IMG/VR virus record: IMGVR_UViG_3300044723_001202
Location: 1-40,021 of that record
Length of the DNA stretch: 40,021 nt
From: a virus
Taxonomy: Duplodnaviria > Caudoviricetes
Reading direction: 5' to 3' (one strand)
The notes under the pieces were generated by a model that saw nothing but the letters and a program-made list of their open reading frames with translations, did not search any database and was not told the origin of the DNA. Shown here piece by piece: positions 19,483 through 28,168 of the stretch; positions within the stretch are counted from its first letter, which is position 1, and each line of letters starts with the position of its first letter. The position numbers and the translations under genes are program-made.

Positions 19483-20166
19483 TTACGCACTCCGGAAGTA
19501 AGCGTATTCATTTACGAGAACAGTCCGCATTTGCTTAATGCCGTTCTCAAACTTACTCTGCGACAAATTTGCCATCTCGATATTGTCACGGAACATATAG
19601 GCATAGTACATCGCGCCATCAATAATTACGTGTCGGAACCTCTCAGGAATCGAAGGAATATCTGTCTCATCAATCAAATCTACGGGGTCCATGTACTGCT
19701 CGTACTCAATGGTGTACGCCAAATTTGGCATCGGCACGATGATGAAGCCCATGTCGGGAGTACGGACGACGTTTCTCGGTACTCCACCCTTCGTGCTGTC
19801 TGTTTCGTACTCCTGATCTAGGTACGTACTGAGATACTCAGAGTAATTGATCTGGTTAAGTCGGCGGCCTTCCCCTACGTTTAACGTAGTGTTTCTCTTA
19901 ACGCGGAACGACCCGAAGTCGACGTATTTGATGTTTTCTGCGAGAGAGTAGCGGGATACGCCGGGAGACAGCATCTCCTCTTCGGTGTTGTGGTTAAAAG
20001 GCCAGAAGAAATGTGCTTGATTCACGTGGCGTATTGATGAGTTGACTGCGTCCTTGAGGTTAAGGTGTACCCCGGTCGCGTTGTCCCACTGTGTGCCAGA
20101 CGTTAGTTGAACTTCATTTAAGCGGCCAGCAACGTCATTGACAAGCCCTAAGAAATTATAAGCCAT
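19483..20166 (-). CDS. Tail tubular protein A / head-tail adaptor, 227 aa
   Basis: FL.LVN....LNEV N-terminal helix, P.P...Y.I.YE, D.P.IPERF..VI.DGA helical C-terminus. Confidence 0.75.
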   Translation of the reverse strand: MAYNFLGLVNDVAGRLNEVQLTSGTQWDNATGVHLNLKDAVNSSIRHVNQAHFFWPFNHNTEEEMLSPGVSRYSLAENIKYVDFGSFRVKRNTTLNVGEGRRLNQINYSEYLSTYLDQEYETDSTKGGVPRNVVRTPDMGFIIVPMPNLAYTIEYEQYMDPVDLIDETDIPSIPERFRHVIIDGAMYYAYMFRDNIEMANLSQSKFENGIKQMRTVLVNEYAYFRSA

Positions 20167-20768
20167 TATGAACGCTCCCGTACACGGAGGTTGATTTCTC
20201 GGTTTGTCACGAGACCGCTAGAATCACCAATTTGAATTTGGCAGAGTAGGCGGTAGGTTGTGTTGGCGATACCTTTGGAAATAACGATGACAGACTTCTT
20301 GGGGTCATCATAAGTTTCGGAGTTCATAGATAACCCCCGAGCAGAAAACGTGAGGCTATCACTGGACAGTACTGTCACAGGCGAAGACAAAGTTACAGTT
20401 TGACCATCTACTGCGGTTACATAAATATTATCGCTAACTCCGACAACAGTGCTAAGAGGTATCGGGCCTCTACCTACAGTTAATTGGTGTCCGGGCTGTA
20501 TCGTACCTCCAAAAAGTAGGGTAACACTGAGCGTTGTAGAGTTAGTCACACTTTCGTTTAACATTGCCCCAGCGTTTGCCGTATCTAAAATATAATCAAA
20601 TTGAAATGTTTTGCCCGTACCAAACTCTAAATACACTCCGCTTGAGTTTTGAATTCTCCACGTAGAGCCAGCCTCGTAGATTGTCTGAGAGCCCGTAAGA
20701 TAACGAGACCAATCTACTGTGTAGTCGAGCTTTTCATCAGGGTCTTTGTCTGGAAACTTAAATGCCAT
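20166..20768 (-). CDS. Fibre/whisker attachment-type structural protein (KDPDEKLDY..DW family), 200 aa
   Basis: N-terminal KDPDEKLDYTVDW and C-terminal G....Y.L.C.I....G....R.I.L.V.ER; lies between the fibre cluster and the adaptor. Confidence 0.6.
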   Translation of the reverse strand: MAFKFPDKDPDEKLDYTVDWSRYLTGSQTIYEAGSTWRIQNSSGVYLEFGTGKTFQFDYILDTANAGAMLNESVTNSTTLSVTLLFGGTIQPGHQLTVGRGPIPLSTVVGVSDNIYVTAVDGQTVTLSSPVTVLSSDSLTFSARGLSMNSETYDDPKKSVIVISKGIANTTYRLLCQIQIGDSSGLVTNREINLRVRERS

Positions 20769-20769
20769 A

Positions 20770-21582
20770 TTAAGCCGCTATCCTTATTGTTCTGTCAAGT
20801 CCCTGCGGAACGTACACAATTCTCGTATTAGAATCAGGAAGCACCGACACTACTCGTACAGTGTCTGAATTTATGAAGGTAACTCGGCGCTGATTTATAT
20901 TGTCTGTGTTGAAATACTCATTTCGGTACGCGACTGCCTGTGAACTTGTAGAACCAGCGGATGCACCTGAAGAGCGGGTTATCAGAACAGAACTGCCTGA
21001 TAGTGTTACTTCTCCTATTATACCACTAGACGTCACATTTGCAACTTCTACGGCACTTGCAGTCGTTGTTACAGAACCCGCTGTTGTGCCTGCGCCATTT
21101 GCAATTTCAACACTAGATGCTGTAGTCGTTGCCGCTATACTAACAGATGCAGTAACATTAATAAGTTCTACTGCGCTACCCACAACAGTAGCCGCACCAG
21201 CAGTTGTTACATTTAAGTTAGCAACCCCGATAGCACCAGATGTATTCGTAGATACACCTGAGACACTCGTTGTACCATTCGCTACTGCTACAGATGTCGA
21301 TGTGTTTGTCGATGTCGCACTAGCACTCGCAAGCGTATTGATAATACGTACAGTGCCAGCAGTCGTGGTAGCAAAAGCTACGACATCGCCATCAACATTC
21401 GAGATGTCTATACTTGTTGCCGTGGTAGTTGCCGCTACTGAAACACTAGATGCCGCAGTAGATATATCAACACCCGTTGCAGTCGTAGTTGCTTGCCCAG
21501 CAGTAGACCCTGCACCTAAAGTCAGTATCGTAGATTCTGATCCGAAGGGGGCTTCTGAATAGGCGACTGCACTAAAGCTCAT
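20770..21582 (-). CDS. Ala/Thr/Ser/Val-rich repetitive structural protein, 270 aa
   Basis: N-terminal FS...YSEAPF, 20-aa periodic core, Arg-containing beta C-terminus. Confidence 0.75.
   Translation of the reverse strand: MSFSAVAYSEAPFGSESTILTLGAGSTAGQATTTATGVDISTAASSVSVAATTTATSIDISNVDGDVVAFATTTAGTVRIINTLASASATSTNTSTSVAVANGTTSVSGVSTNTSGAIGVANLNVTTAGAATVVGSAVELINVTASVSIAATTTASSVEIANGAGTTAGSVTTTASAVEVANVTSSGIIGEVTLSGSSVLITRSSGASAGSTSSQAVAYRNEYFNTDNINQRRVTFINSDTVRVVSVLPDSNTRIVYVPQGLDRTIRIAA
20923..21513 (-). repeat. About 9-10 degenerate 20-aa (60-nt) repeats
   Basis: Units such as ASSVSVAATTTATSIDISNV, TASVSIAATTTASSVEIANG and AGTTAGSVTTTASAVEVANV align in a 20-aa register. Confidence 0.8.
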
Positions 21583-21842
21583 CGTTCTGCTTCTCTTGCT
21601 TCGATTTCATATGGGTTATTCCAGTACCCATACCTCAATGTAAAATATAGATACTTTACAGCAAATTTCAGGCGTCCTTCTTGTTCAATCTGCTCTAAAT
21701 GTTTCTTTTCGTGACGTATTAGTTTCTCATCGTCCATGTGTTCGGGATCAAGATAGATGACATTCCAGAACGATGTCCATCCCTCAAATCCAAAAAGCTT
21801 CATATACCATTTAATCGGGCCAAACCACGGACGTATCTTCAT
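21579..21842 (-). CDS. Small HExxH zinc-metallopeptidase-like protein, 87 aa
   Basis: LIRHEKKHLEQ plus a downstream NPYEIEAR third-ligand motif. ATGA overlaps at both ends. Confidence 0.7.
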   Translation of the reverse strand: MKIRPWFGPIKWYMKLFGFEGWTSFWNVIYLDPEHMDDEKLIRHEKKHLEQIEQEGRLKFAVKYLYFTLRYGYWNNPYEIEAREAER

Positions 21843-22417
21843 ACCGGAACCTGTGTGAAAAACTTAAAATGTTCGCTTTGGTAAACGTCATCGTTAAACA
21901 TGCTGTCAGGTAAAATGTCAAAAGCAATAGTAATTCGTTTATTCTCACCCGCCACCGCTGAAGTTTTATGTGCAGAGTCTCCTTGATTCGCAAAAAACAA
22001 TAGGTTGTTTTCTGAGAAAACTTTTTCTTCCGTGCCATCGTCGAACAAGAAATGCGTGTAGTTTTCTGTCGGGCTATCTACAATAAAGATACCGTGGTAT
22101 GCCCCTTGACCTTCACTACCGTGTTTGTGGAGTCCTAAATATGGATGTTCTTGCGAAAAAACATTTAACCACCCATGTAAGTGGTACACTCCTGTCGGCT
22201 CAATTTTACGAAACTTTTGACATATTTGTTGCTCTAGACCCTGCATTGATTCGTAAGCAAATAAATTGTACAGGTCAAAAAACTGCGTCAATAACGGAGT
22301 ATCCCCTCCAAAACCCGGCTCAAACTTTTCTCTAAGCTCCGTTTCTACTGCGAGACTTGCTTCAACAAGTTCGGGTAGGTTTTCGTTAAGTGTAAATTTT
22401 TTAATCTTGTCTATCAT
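21839..22417 (-). CDS. 2OG-Fe(II) oxygenase superfamily protein (TIGR02466-like), 192 aa
   Basis: W.N......Y...H.H, HGIF.VD, a distal H (AHKT) and RITIAFDI, matching the HxH...H...R jelly-roll signature. Confidence 0.8.
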   Translation of the reverse strand: MIDKIKKFTLNENLPELVEASLAVETELREKFEPGFGGDTPLLTQFFDLYNLFAYESMQGLEQQICQKFRKIEPTGVYHLHGWLNVFSQEHPYLGLHKHGSEGQGAYHGIFIVDSPTENYTHFLFDDGTEEKVFSENNLLFFANQGDSAHKTSAVAGENKRITIAFDILPDSMFNDDVYQSEHFKFFTQVPV

Positions 22418-23577
22418 TAGGTGAACACAATTGTAAAAGCGTTGCCAGACTGTGCTGGTGAACCGGCGCCGTTTACTGCTTCATAAGCATAATAACCGGG
22501 CGTTGCACCTTGAGTACCTAAAGTCCAGAATCCTCCGTATCCACTGTTAGTTCCGCCTACAGAAGAAGCTAGTGTAAAAGGAAGATTCGCACGGTTAGCA
22601 GTATACGTTCTGAACCCATTATCTGAACTGATTGTAACAGTTGTCCAGCCAGAGTTTGAAGTCCCATCTGTGTATAAGTATACTCCTTGGAATCCGGGAT
22701 TAGAGTATCCAATTACACCAACTATATTTTCACTAGTTCCGGGGATTGCAGTTGGGCTTAATGTGCCTCCTGTTCTTGTGGTGCTATTATAAGTAAACCC
22801 ATTTCCGTACCCAACGATAGGGAAATAAGTTTGAAATATAGCAGTTGTTCCCAACAGATCAGTTGGCCCCTGTAATCCGTAAAAGTCTGAAAGGCTTATT
22901 GTTCCACTTGCGGGTGCGCCGGGCCGACCAGTTACATCAAGATACGCAGAAAGAGTACCCATATTAGCCCCGTAACGGGCCTCTGAAAAATAAAATGTAT
23001 TGTTACTAGAAGTAATTACTGTTTCTGGGCCTTGTAACCAATATTTATTAGCCGAAGCAAAATAACTGGAAGTCTCAGTGTACAGATACCAACCAGTAGA
23101 AGATCCAGCCGCATCCGTAGTCAACCCTGTACTACCGGAGGGGGTTCCCCCTTGATCTCTGTGCCATCGACCATTAGCAGTGGTAGAGGTGGAAACATCA
23201 GTAAAATTCGTTACGTTAACGTAATCAAGTTGATTATTGGCCTGACTTGTTTTCCAAGGCGTAGCGTTTGCAGAAAAAGTGTATAGGGATGTGCCAAATC
23301 CAATATTGTCTAACTGCAAATCTGACGTAAAACCAGCCATCCCTGTGTGTAAGAAAACTGGGCGAACGGTGTGACCCTCATAATCAGAGACATCTATACT
23401 TCTATTTACCCAAGAAGCGTTATTACCAGAAGCAGTAAATAAGGCGGAAGACAGACCTAGAGGTTGTGCGCTATCGCCGCCAGCACCGTAATACTCACTG
23501 ATAGAGATTGGGTTTGAGCCACCAAACTCTGTTTGAACGTCATTGAGTGATATCGCACCGGATGTTTGTAACGCCAT
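22417..23577 (-). CDS. Fibre-tip adhesin-like protein with an inserted MAM-like domain, 386 aa
   Basis: MALQTSGAISLNDVQTEFGGSNPISISEYY...GAPASGTISLSDFYG adhesin-type N-domain and WHR..GGTPS.STG...D......YLYTETS MAM signature. TAATG-coupled to the S74 fibre. Confidence 0.75.
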   Translation of the reverse strand: MALQTSGAISLNDVQTEFGGSNPISISEYYGAGGDSAQPLGLSSALFTASGNNASWVNRSIDVSDYEGHTVRPVFLHTGMAGFTSDLQLDNIGFGTSLYTFSANATPWKTSQANNQLDYVNVTNFTDVSTSTTANGRWHRDQGGTPSGSTGLTTDAAGSSTGWYLYTETSSYFASANKYWLQGPETVITSSNNTFYFSEARYGANMGTLSAYLDVTGRPGAPASGTISLSDFYGLQGPTDLLGTTAIFQTYFPIVGYGNGFTYNSTTRTGGTLSPTAIPGTSENIVGVIGYSNPGFQGVYLYTDGTSNSGWTTVTISSDNGFRTYTANRANLPFTLASSVGGTNSGYGGFWTLGTQGATPGYYAYEAVNGAGSPAQSGNAFTIVFT

Positions 23578-26500
23578 TAATCAAGTCCCTTCAGTGCAGT
23601 GATTTCGTTCTTGAGTGCGTCTATTTGTTCCTGTTGCTCTTTGATTGCTTCAATCAGCAATCCCACCATGTTTCCGTATGCGACAGACTTGGTTTGCATT
23701 TCATCTTCAAGAGTAATTACTGCTTCTGGTAAAACCTCTTCTACCTCTTGAGCGATCAGCCCGGTTTGCCTTCCAAGCTCTTCCTCGTCGATACGATCAA
23801 AGGTTACACCACGCAATTGCTTCACTTTGCCAAGCGCATCGCCGATGACTTCTATGTTTTCCTTCAGCCGAATGTCTGAATATGCCGTGACGTTACCAGT
23901 AGCCGTGAAACTCCCATTGTCATCAAACGTGTACCGAATGGTTGTCCCATCCCGAATGTAGAAGTTGCCAATCCCACTGTTCAAGTCCATATACATGTGC
24001 GAGCCGTTACAGAAGAACTCACAGTCATCACCAGTACCAAGTCGCAGGATGTCGTTATCGGCAAGGTCAATTGCCGTTCTTACGTTTAAAGTGCCATTAA
24101 CAAGCATGTCATTAGCAACAGTTACTTCAGTATTAGTTACCTCAAGTCTTTCTACACCACCTGTGACAACTCTAAACTGGTCAGAGACATGGAACTGTAT
24201 GTAAGTGTCGTTATCACTATTGTTGTTTATAAGTTTATTGACACCAATAAAATCAACCTCGCTTAATTGAACATAGTTATTAGCGGTGTCAATTCTCAAA
24301 AAATCAGTAGCTTGATACCCATCCAGAGTATCAGCATCTAAGCCACTGCCAGAGCCATCGTTTCCTGCATGCCAAATCTTGTATCTACTTGCGCCTTTAG
24401 ACCATCCTCCGACGAATAAATCATTCGTATCGCCATCAAGCCCAAAATATGTTGCGTAATCGCCACCAACATGAAACGCCATAAACGCATCATTTCCAGC
24501 ACCAGAGCTATAACACTCTAAACTTGCTTGACTTGCAGTTGTTGTTGCCGCATTGGTGTTAGAAAAGAAAGTAACTTTGTTAGCATAATTAGTTACTGAA
24601 TTACTTGTGTCATTTCTAATAAATGAGCTTGCGTGGAGACTATCAACAGTATCGGCATCTAGGCCATTGCCAGAGCCTTCATCGGCTGTCGTCAGAACGC
24701 TGTTGCCCCCAACAGTAATGTTGCCTGTAACAGCTAATGTATTTGTAGACCCTGTAAATTGGATTCCTGTGTTTGAATAAGCGTTTCTTGCACCTATTCT
24801 AGCTAATAGAGGATAAGTGCCAGTATAGCTCGTCCCACCTTCTACATAATAGCGAGTGTCGTGAGTGTGAGAATCGTTAGCGACAGTACAAACAATTGAT
24901 GATGTTCCAGAACCACTTACATCCCCAGAAAGAGTAATTGTTTGGTTTGCTGTGGTATCAGTATCCACCCACGGCACGTTAACAAACATCTGTCCACTAG
25001 AAAGCTCAACAGGATAGTTCTTACCATTCTCTGTGTAGCCAATCTTGACGAGACCTAGAGTGCTAGATGTTGCTGTAGAGTAAGTAGTATTGGTATCAGT
25101 ATCCACCCACGGTACGTTAACATACATCTGTCCACTAGAAAGCACGACAGGGTAGTTCTTACCATTCGCTGTGTAGCCAATTTTAACAAGACCTAGAGTG
25201 CTAGATGTTGCTGTAGAGTACGTTGTATTGGTATCAGTGTCTGTACTAGAAATTGTGAAGTTGGGATATGTACCCGTAACAGTCGTTGCACCTGAGCCAG
25301 CCAAAGAAACAGTCTGGTCTGGAGCAGTGTTAGCGAAGGTTGTACCTGTGAGACTTAACCCACTTCCTGCTGAATACGTAGTGTTGGTGTCTGTTGGTGT
25401 AGCCCACGTGAAGCTACCATCCCCATCAGACCGCAAAAACTGTGAAGTTGTACCGTCTCCAGTTACATTGAGTTCAGACGCACTGACTGCATTAGCCGCA
25501 ATCTCATCGGAGCCAACAGAATCAGTTGCTAAGGATACAGAGATAGATGTTGTACCAGAGCCGGTGGCATCACCGGAGAGTGTGATTGTCTGGTTTGTTG
25601 TTGTGTCAGTCCACGGGACGTTAACGACAAGGTCATTGCTTGAATCCACTTGCAAAGCGTATGTACGACTTGCAGTAGAAGACACAGAGTTAGCGGTGGT
25701 TGTCTGAACAGTTGCGTCAACATTCGCACTGACCTCATTGCCCGTAACAGTGATACCACCATCGCCAGTGATGACAGCAGACTTACCAATCTGACTGAAG
25801 TTAATCTCTGTCGTACCGAAGGTGATTGTACCAGTTGTAGTACAGGCGTAGACTTCACCTGAACCGTCATCCCCCTCTAAGACGAATACAGAAGTACCTT
25901 CACTCAGGCTTTGGTTGTCAACGCCGTAACTGTCGGCATCAGTAGCACGGGTTAATACCCAGTTAGTTGAGGCAGAACCTGTATCGGTTACTGTGTAGAT
26001 ACCATTCTCAAACGCATTGGTTTGATTATAGATGAGAACACGATCACTGGTAGCAAGTGTGACACCATCAATAACTAAGGCCGCTTGTGTGCCATTGTTT
26101 GTAAGCGTTGCGCCTACACCTGATGTGCCATTGTCATATGTAGCAGTTAAGTTGCCTGCACTATCTGGGGATTCTACCCGAACAGGATCGTGGTAGTGGA
26201 TGCCTGCCGCAATCAACTCATCAACGTACAACTTAGTTGTTGCGTGAAGGTCTGCGGTAGGTGCACCACTCAACGTCAAAGCACCCGTCATGGTATCGCC
26301 AGACAGGTCTACTTTTGCATCAAGCTGTGTTTGGATATTGGAGGTTACGCCATCAACGTAGTTAAGTTCAGCCGCTGTAGAGGTTACAGCAACACCACCA
26401 ATAATAAGTTGACCACTAGAATCTAAGTAGACAGCTTTGTCAGCAGGCTGTGTGCTGAAAACATTCTTATTTCCAACACCAAAACTAACTGCACTTCCTG

Positions 26501-26741
26501 AGTTAGATGAAGCAAGAATTGTGTCACGAGATAATGTATCAGGTGTTGAATCGGTAACTGTACCAATACCAACTTCCCATGAAGCACCAGCGGAATCAAT
26601 GATTGCGTAGTATGTGGTGTTAGTATCACCTACGCCTGCGACAAACGTCTGAAATCCAGTGACTGCACCTGCTAGGTTAATAGTACCCGTGCCGGTGCTA
26701 GTCGTGGTCTCTTTGACACGATCAGCAACAACTAACGCCAT
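23577..26741 (-). CDS. Long fibre protein with a C-terminal intramolecular chaperone (peptidase S74), 1054 aa
   Basis: MALVVADRVKETT.STGTG N-domain, GLDADT.D repeats, C-terminal YSDIRLKENI...GLIAQEV...VAYGNMVGLLIEAIKE plus coiled coil. Confidence 0.9.
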   Translation of the reverse strand: MALVVADRVKETTTSTGTGTINLAGAVTGFQTFVAGVGDTNTTYYAIIDSAGASWEVGIGTVTDSTPDTLSRDTILASSNSGSAVSFGVGNKNVFSTQPADKAVYLDSSGQLIIGGVAVTSTAAELNYVDGVTSNIQTQLDAKVDLSGDTMTGALTLSGAPTADLHATTKLYVDELIAAGIHYHDPVRVESPDSAGNLTATYDNGTSGVGATLTNNGTQAALVIDGVTLATSDRVLIYNQTNAFENGIYTVTDTGSASTNWVLTRATDADSYGVDNQSLSEGTSVFVLEGDDGSGEVYACTTTGTITFGTTEINFSQIGKSAVITGDGGITVTGNEVSANVDATVQTTTANSVSSTASRTYALQVDSSNDLVVNVPWTDTTTNQTITLSGDATGSGTTSISVSLATDSVGSDEIAANAVSASELNVTGDGTTSQFLRSDGDGSFTWATPTDTNTTYSAGSGLSLTGTTFANTAPDQTVSLAGSGATTVTGTYPNFTISSTDTDTNTTYSTATSSTLGLVKIGYTANGKNYPVVLSSGQMYVNVPWVDTDTNTTYSTATSSTLGLVKIGYTENGKNYPVELSSGQMFVNVPWVDTDTTANQTITLSGDVSGSGTSSIVCTVANDSHTHDTRYYVEGGTSYTGTYPLLARIGARNAYSNTGIQFTGSTNTLAVTGNITVGGNSVLTTADEGSGNGLDADTVDSLHASSFIRNDTSNSVTNYANKVTFFSNTNAATTTASQASLECYSSGAGNDAFMAFHVGGDYATYFGLDGDTNDLFVGGWSKGASRYKIWHAGNDGSGSGLDADTLDGYQATDFLRIDTANNYVQLSEVDFIGVNKLINNNSDNDTYIQFHVSDQFRVVTGGVERLEVTNTEVTVANDMLVNGTLNVRTAIDLADNDILRLGTGDDCEFFCNGSHMYMDLNSGIGNFYIRDGTTIRYTFDDNGSFTATGNVTAYSDIRLKENIEVIGDALGKVKQLRGVTFDRIDEEELGRQTGLIAQEVEEVLPEAVITLEDEMQTKSVAYGNMVGLLIEAIKEQQEQIDALKNEITALKGLD
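24953..25238 (-). repeat. Tandem 138-nt (46-aa) direct duplication inside the fibre gene
   Basis: DTNTTYSTATSSTLGLVKIGYT(A/E)NGKNYPV(V/E)LSSGQM(Y/F)VNVPWVDT x2; TGGTATCAGT recurs at 24953, 25091 and 25229. Confidence 0.95.
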
Positions 26742-26746
26742 GAGTA

Positions 26747-27184
26747 TTAGTCCTCAGTGATGGTGATTGAAGTAGATGCCTCAAAGCGAATGGAGTCGCC
26801 AGCTTCAATAGTCTTAGAAGAAGTAAGATCACCCCAGTACAGTAGCTCACCACCTGTGGCCGCCGTGTACACACCAAAACCTGACACTATCATCTGAGAT
26901 CCAGAAGTATTATCGTACTCAATATCTGAAGTTGGACCTTGAATTTGGTTGTTACTTGTGACAGAACCAAAAACAATCTCAGGGCGATTACCCCCTGTCA
27001 CCGCTCCGTTGCCGTCAGTTGCGGAATAATTACCAGTAGGAATCTCACTAGTTCCAACATTAGCATCTGTTAAACTGCTAGCATTGTACAAAATACCCAA
27101 AAATACCTGCGAAGGTTGGGCAACTGATTCATTCTTTAGCCAGTAACCTAATACTTTAGACTGTAAGTAGTTTGACTTACTCAT
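26747..27184 (-). CDS. Small beta-rich fibre/structural subunit (S.YL...L...G..L..G.L...KTI..GD...F type), 145 aa
   Basis: GGAG RBS; motif pattern typical of proteins encoded at the start of phage fibre clusters. Confidence 0.65.
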   Translation of the reverse strand: MSKSNYLQSKVLGYWLKNESVAQPSQVFLGILYNASSLTDANVGTSEIPTGNYSATDGNGAVTGGNRPEIVFGSVTSNNQIQGPTSDIEYDNTSGSQMIVSGFGVYTAATGGELLYWGDLTSSKTIEAGDSIRFEASTSITITED

Positions 27185-27211
27185 TTATTTCTCCGTTATA
27201 TAATAAGGTGT

Positions 27212-27637
27212 TTAAACCCATTCTCCTGTAGCCATTGCCTGACAGAGTCTCTCTGCGCGACGACCTACCTGCTTTGCCCAACGGGAATCCATCGCTTGAT
27301 TAGCGGCCTCTTCCCAATCTTCTTCTTCGATTGCGGCCCACATGTTCTGAAACTTGAGGAGTGTCGGAATACCTAGATTGAAGCCCATGTCAACAAGGAC
27401 GCGCTGACGAACAGCATCAAGTCCAGCAACCACGGGTTTTTTCTCAAGAAGTTCATCTTCTACGATCTTGATGTCATTCTTCAGAAGATAACGTGCTTCG
27501 TCTTCCGTGATACCACGATCTTCGATGTTGCGACCAACTCCTATGGTCAGCTTTTCGGCTGTACACTGGTAAGGCTTGAGCTCAAGACCTTCGTGGTCAA
27601 TGAGTTGATCTTCCAGTGCTGTCATGTCGTATTTCAT
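27212..27637 (-). CDS. T4-type lysozyme (GH24) endolysin
   Basis: HEGLELKPYQCTAEKLTIGVGRN, RQ.VL.DM.FNLG, DSRWAKQVG.RA. Start at 27637 via a TAATG overlap. Confidence 0.9.
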   Translation of the reverse strand: MKYDMTALEDQLIDHEGLELKPYQCTAEKLTIGVGRNIEDRGITEDEARYLLKNDIKIVEDELLEKKPVVAGLDAVRQRVLVDMGFNLGIPTLLKFQNMWAAIEEEDWEEAANQAMDSRWAKQVGRRAERLCQAMATGEWV

Positions 27638-27930
27638 TAACATTTCCATCTACGTCTTGCGGCTAGACCGCGTTCGCCCTTCCAACCTTTGGAACGAGCA
27701 CAGAAGCTTTTCTTACGTGCGGCGCGTTTACCTGTTGGGTTATCCTCAGTGACCGGAGCTTTGAGTTTTGACCCTGTAGCTCTGTTGTACTTCGCACGTC
27801 CCTTCGCAGTTAAACCACCACCTTCTTTAACAGACTGCTTTTCACCACGACCTACAGATAAGCTCGGGTTTTTCTTAGACTTACCGCCTCGGGCCATTGC
27901 CCAACGGTCTGTGTACCCTTTATCTTCCAC
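27637..27930 (-). CDS. Small highly basic protein (GGLT.KGR...KSFCAR...RRWKC type), 97 aa
   Basis: Lys/Arg-rich; motif common in marine phage late regions. Confidence 0.8.
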   Translation of the reverse strand: MEDKGYTDRWAMARGGKSKKNPSLSVGRGEKQSVKEGGGLTAKGRAKYNRATGSKLKAPVTEDNPTGKRAARKKSFCARSKGWKGERGLAARRRWKC

Positions 27931-28168
27931 GAGATTTTACCTTCGCTTTTTTTGTGTTAGCAACGACAGTCTTACCCTTGGCTCCTGCCGCTTTCTTCTT
28001 ACGCGCTGTCTTAGCCCGTTCAGCTTGGGATAGCGACTGAGCTTTTTTCTTAGGTAAACAACGGTCAGGGTTCTTCTTGTTCTTTGAAGTACCACACGCG
28101 CCTTTGATCTTACCGTCAGTACCGATGCGTACCCACTCTTGATCTCGCCATTTCTTGAGTTCACCCAT
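27920..28168 (-). CDS. Small highly basic protein (L.KW..Q.W...CG...CLP type), 82 aa
   Basis: TGATG overlap with the upstream gene; Lys-rich. Confidence 0.8.
   Translation of the reverse strand: MGELKKWRDQEWVRIGTDGKIKGACGTSKNKKNPDRCLPKKKAQSLSQAERAKTARKKKAAGAKGKTVVANTKKAKVKSRGR

Noticed and set aside
20900-21562. 220-aa + strand ORF
   Set aside because: Antisense shadow of the Ala/Thr-rich repeat gene, whose codon bias avoids stops on the other strand; opposite to operon direction.
24953-25238. Possible diversity-generating retroelement TR/VR pair
   Set aside because: The copies are adjacent and in frame in the fibre shaft, differences are mostly synonymous and not adenine-specific, and no reverse transcriptase is in the window.
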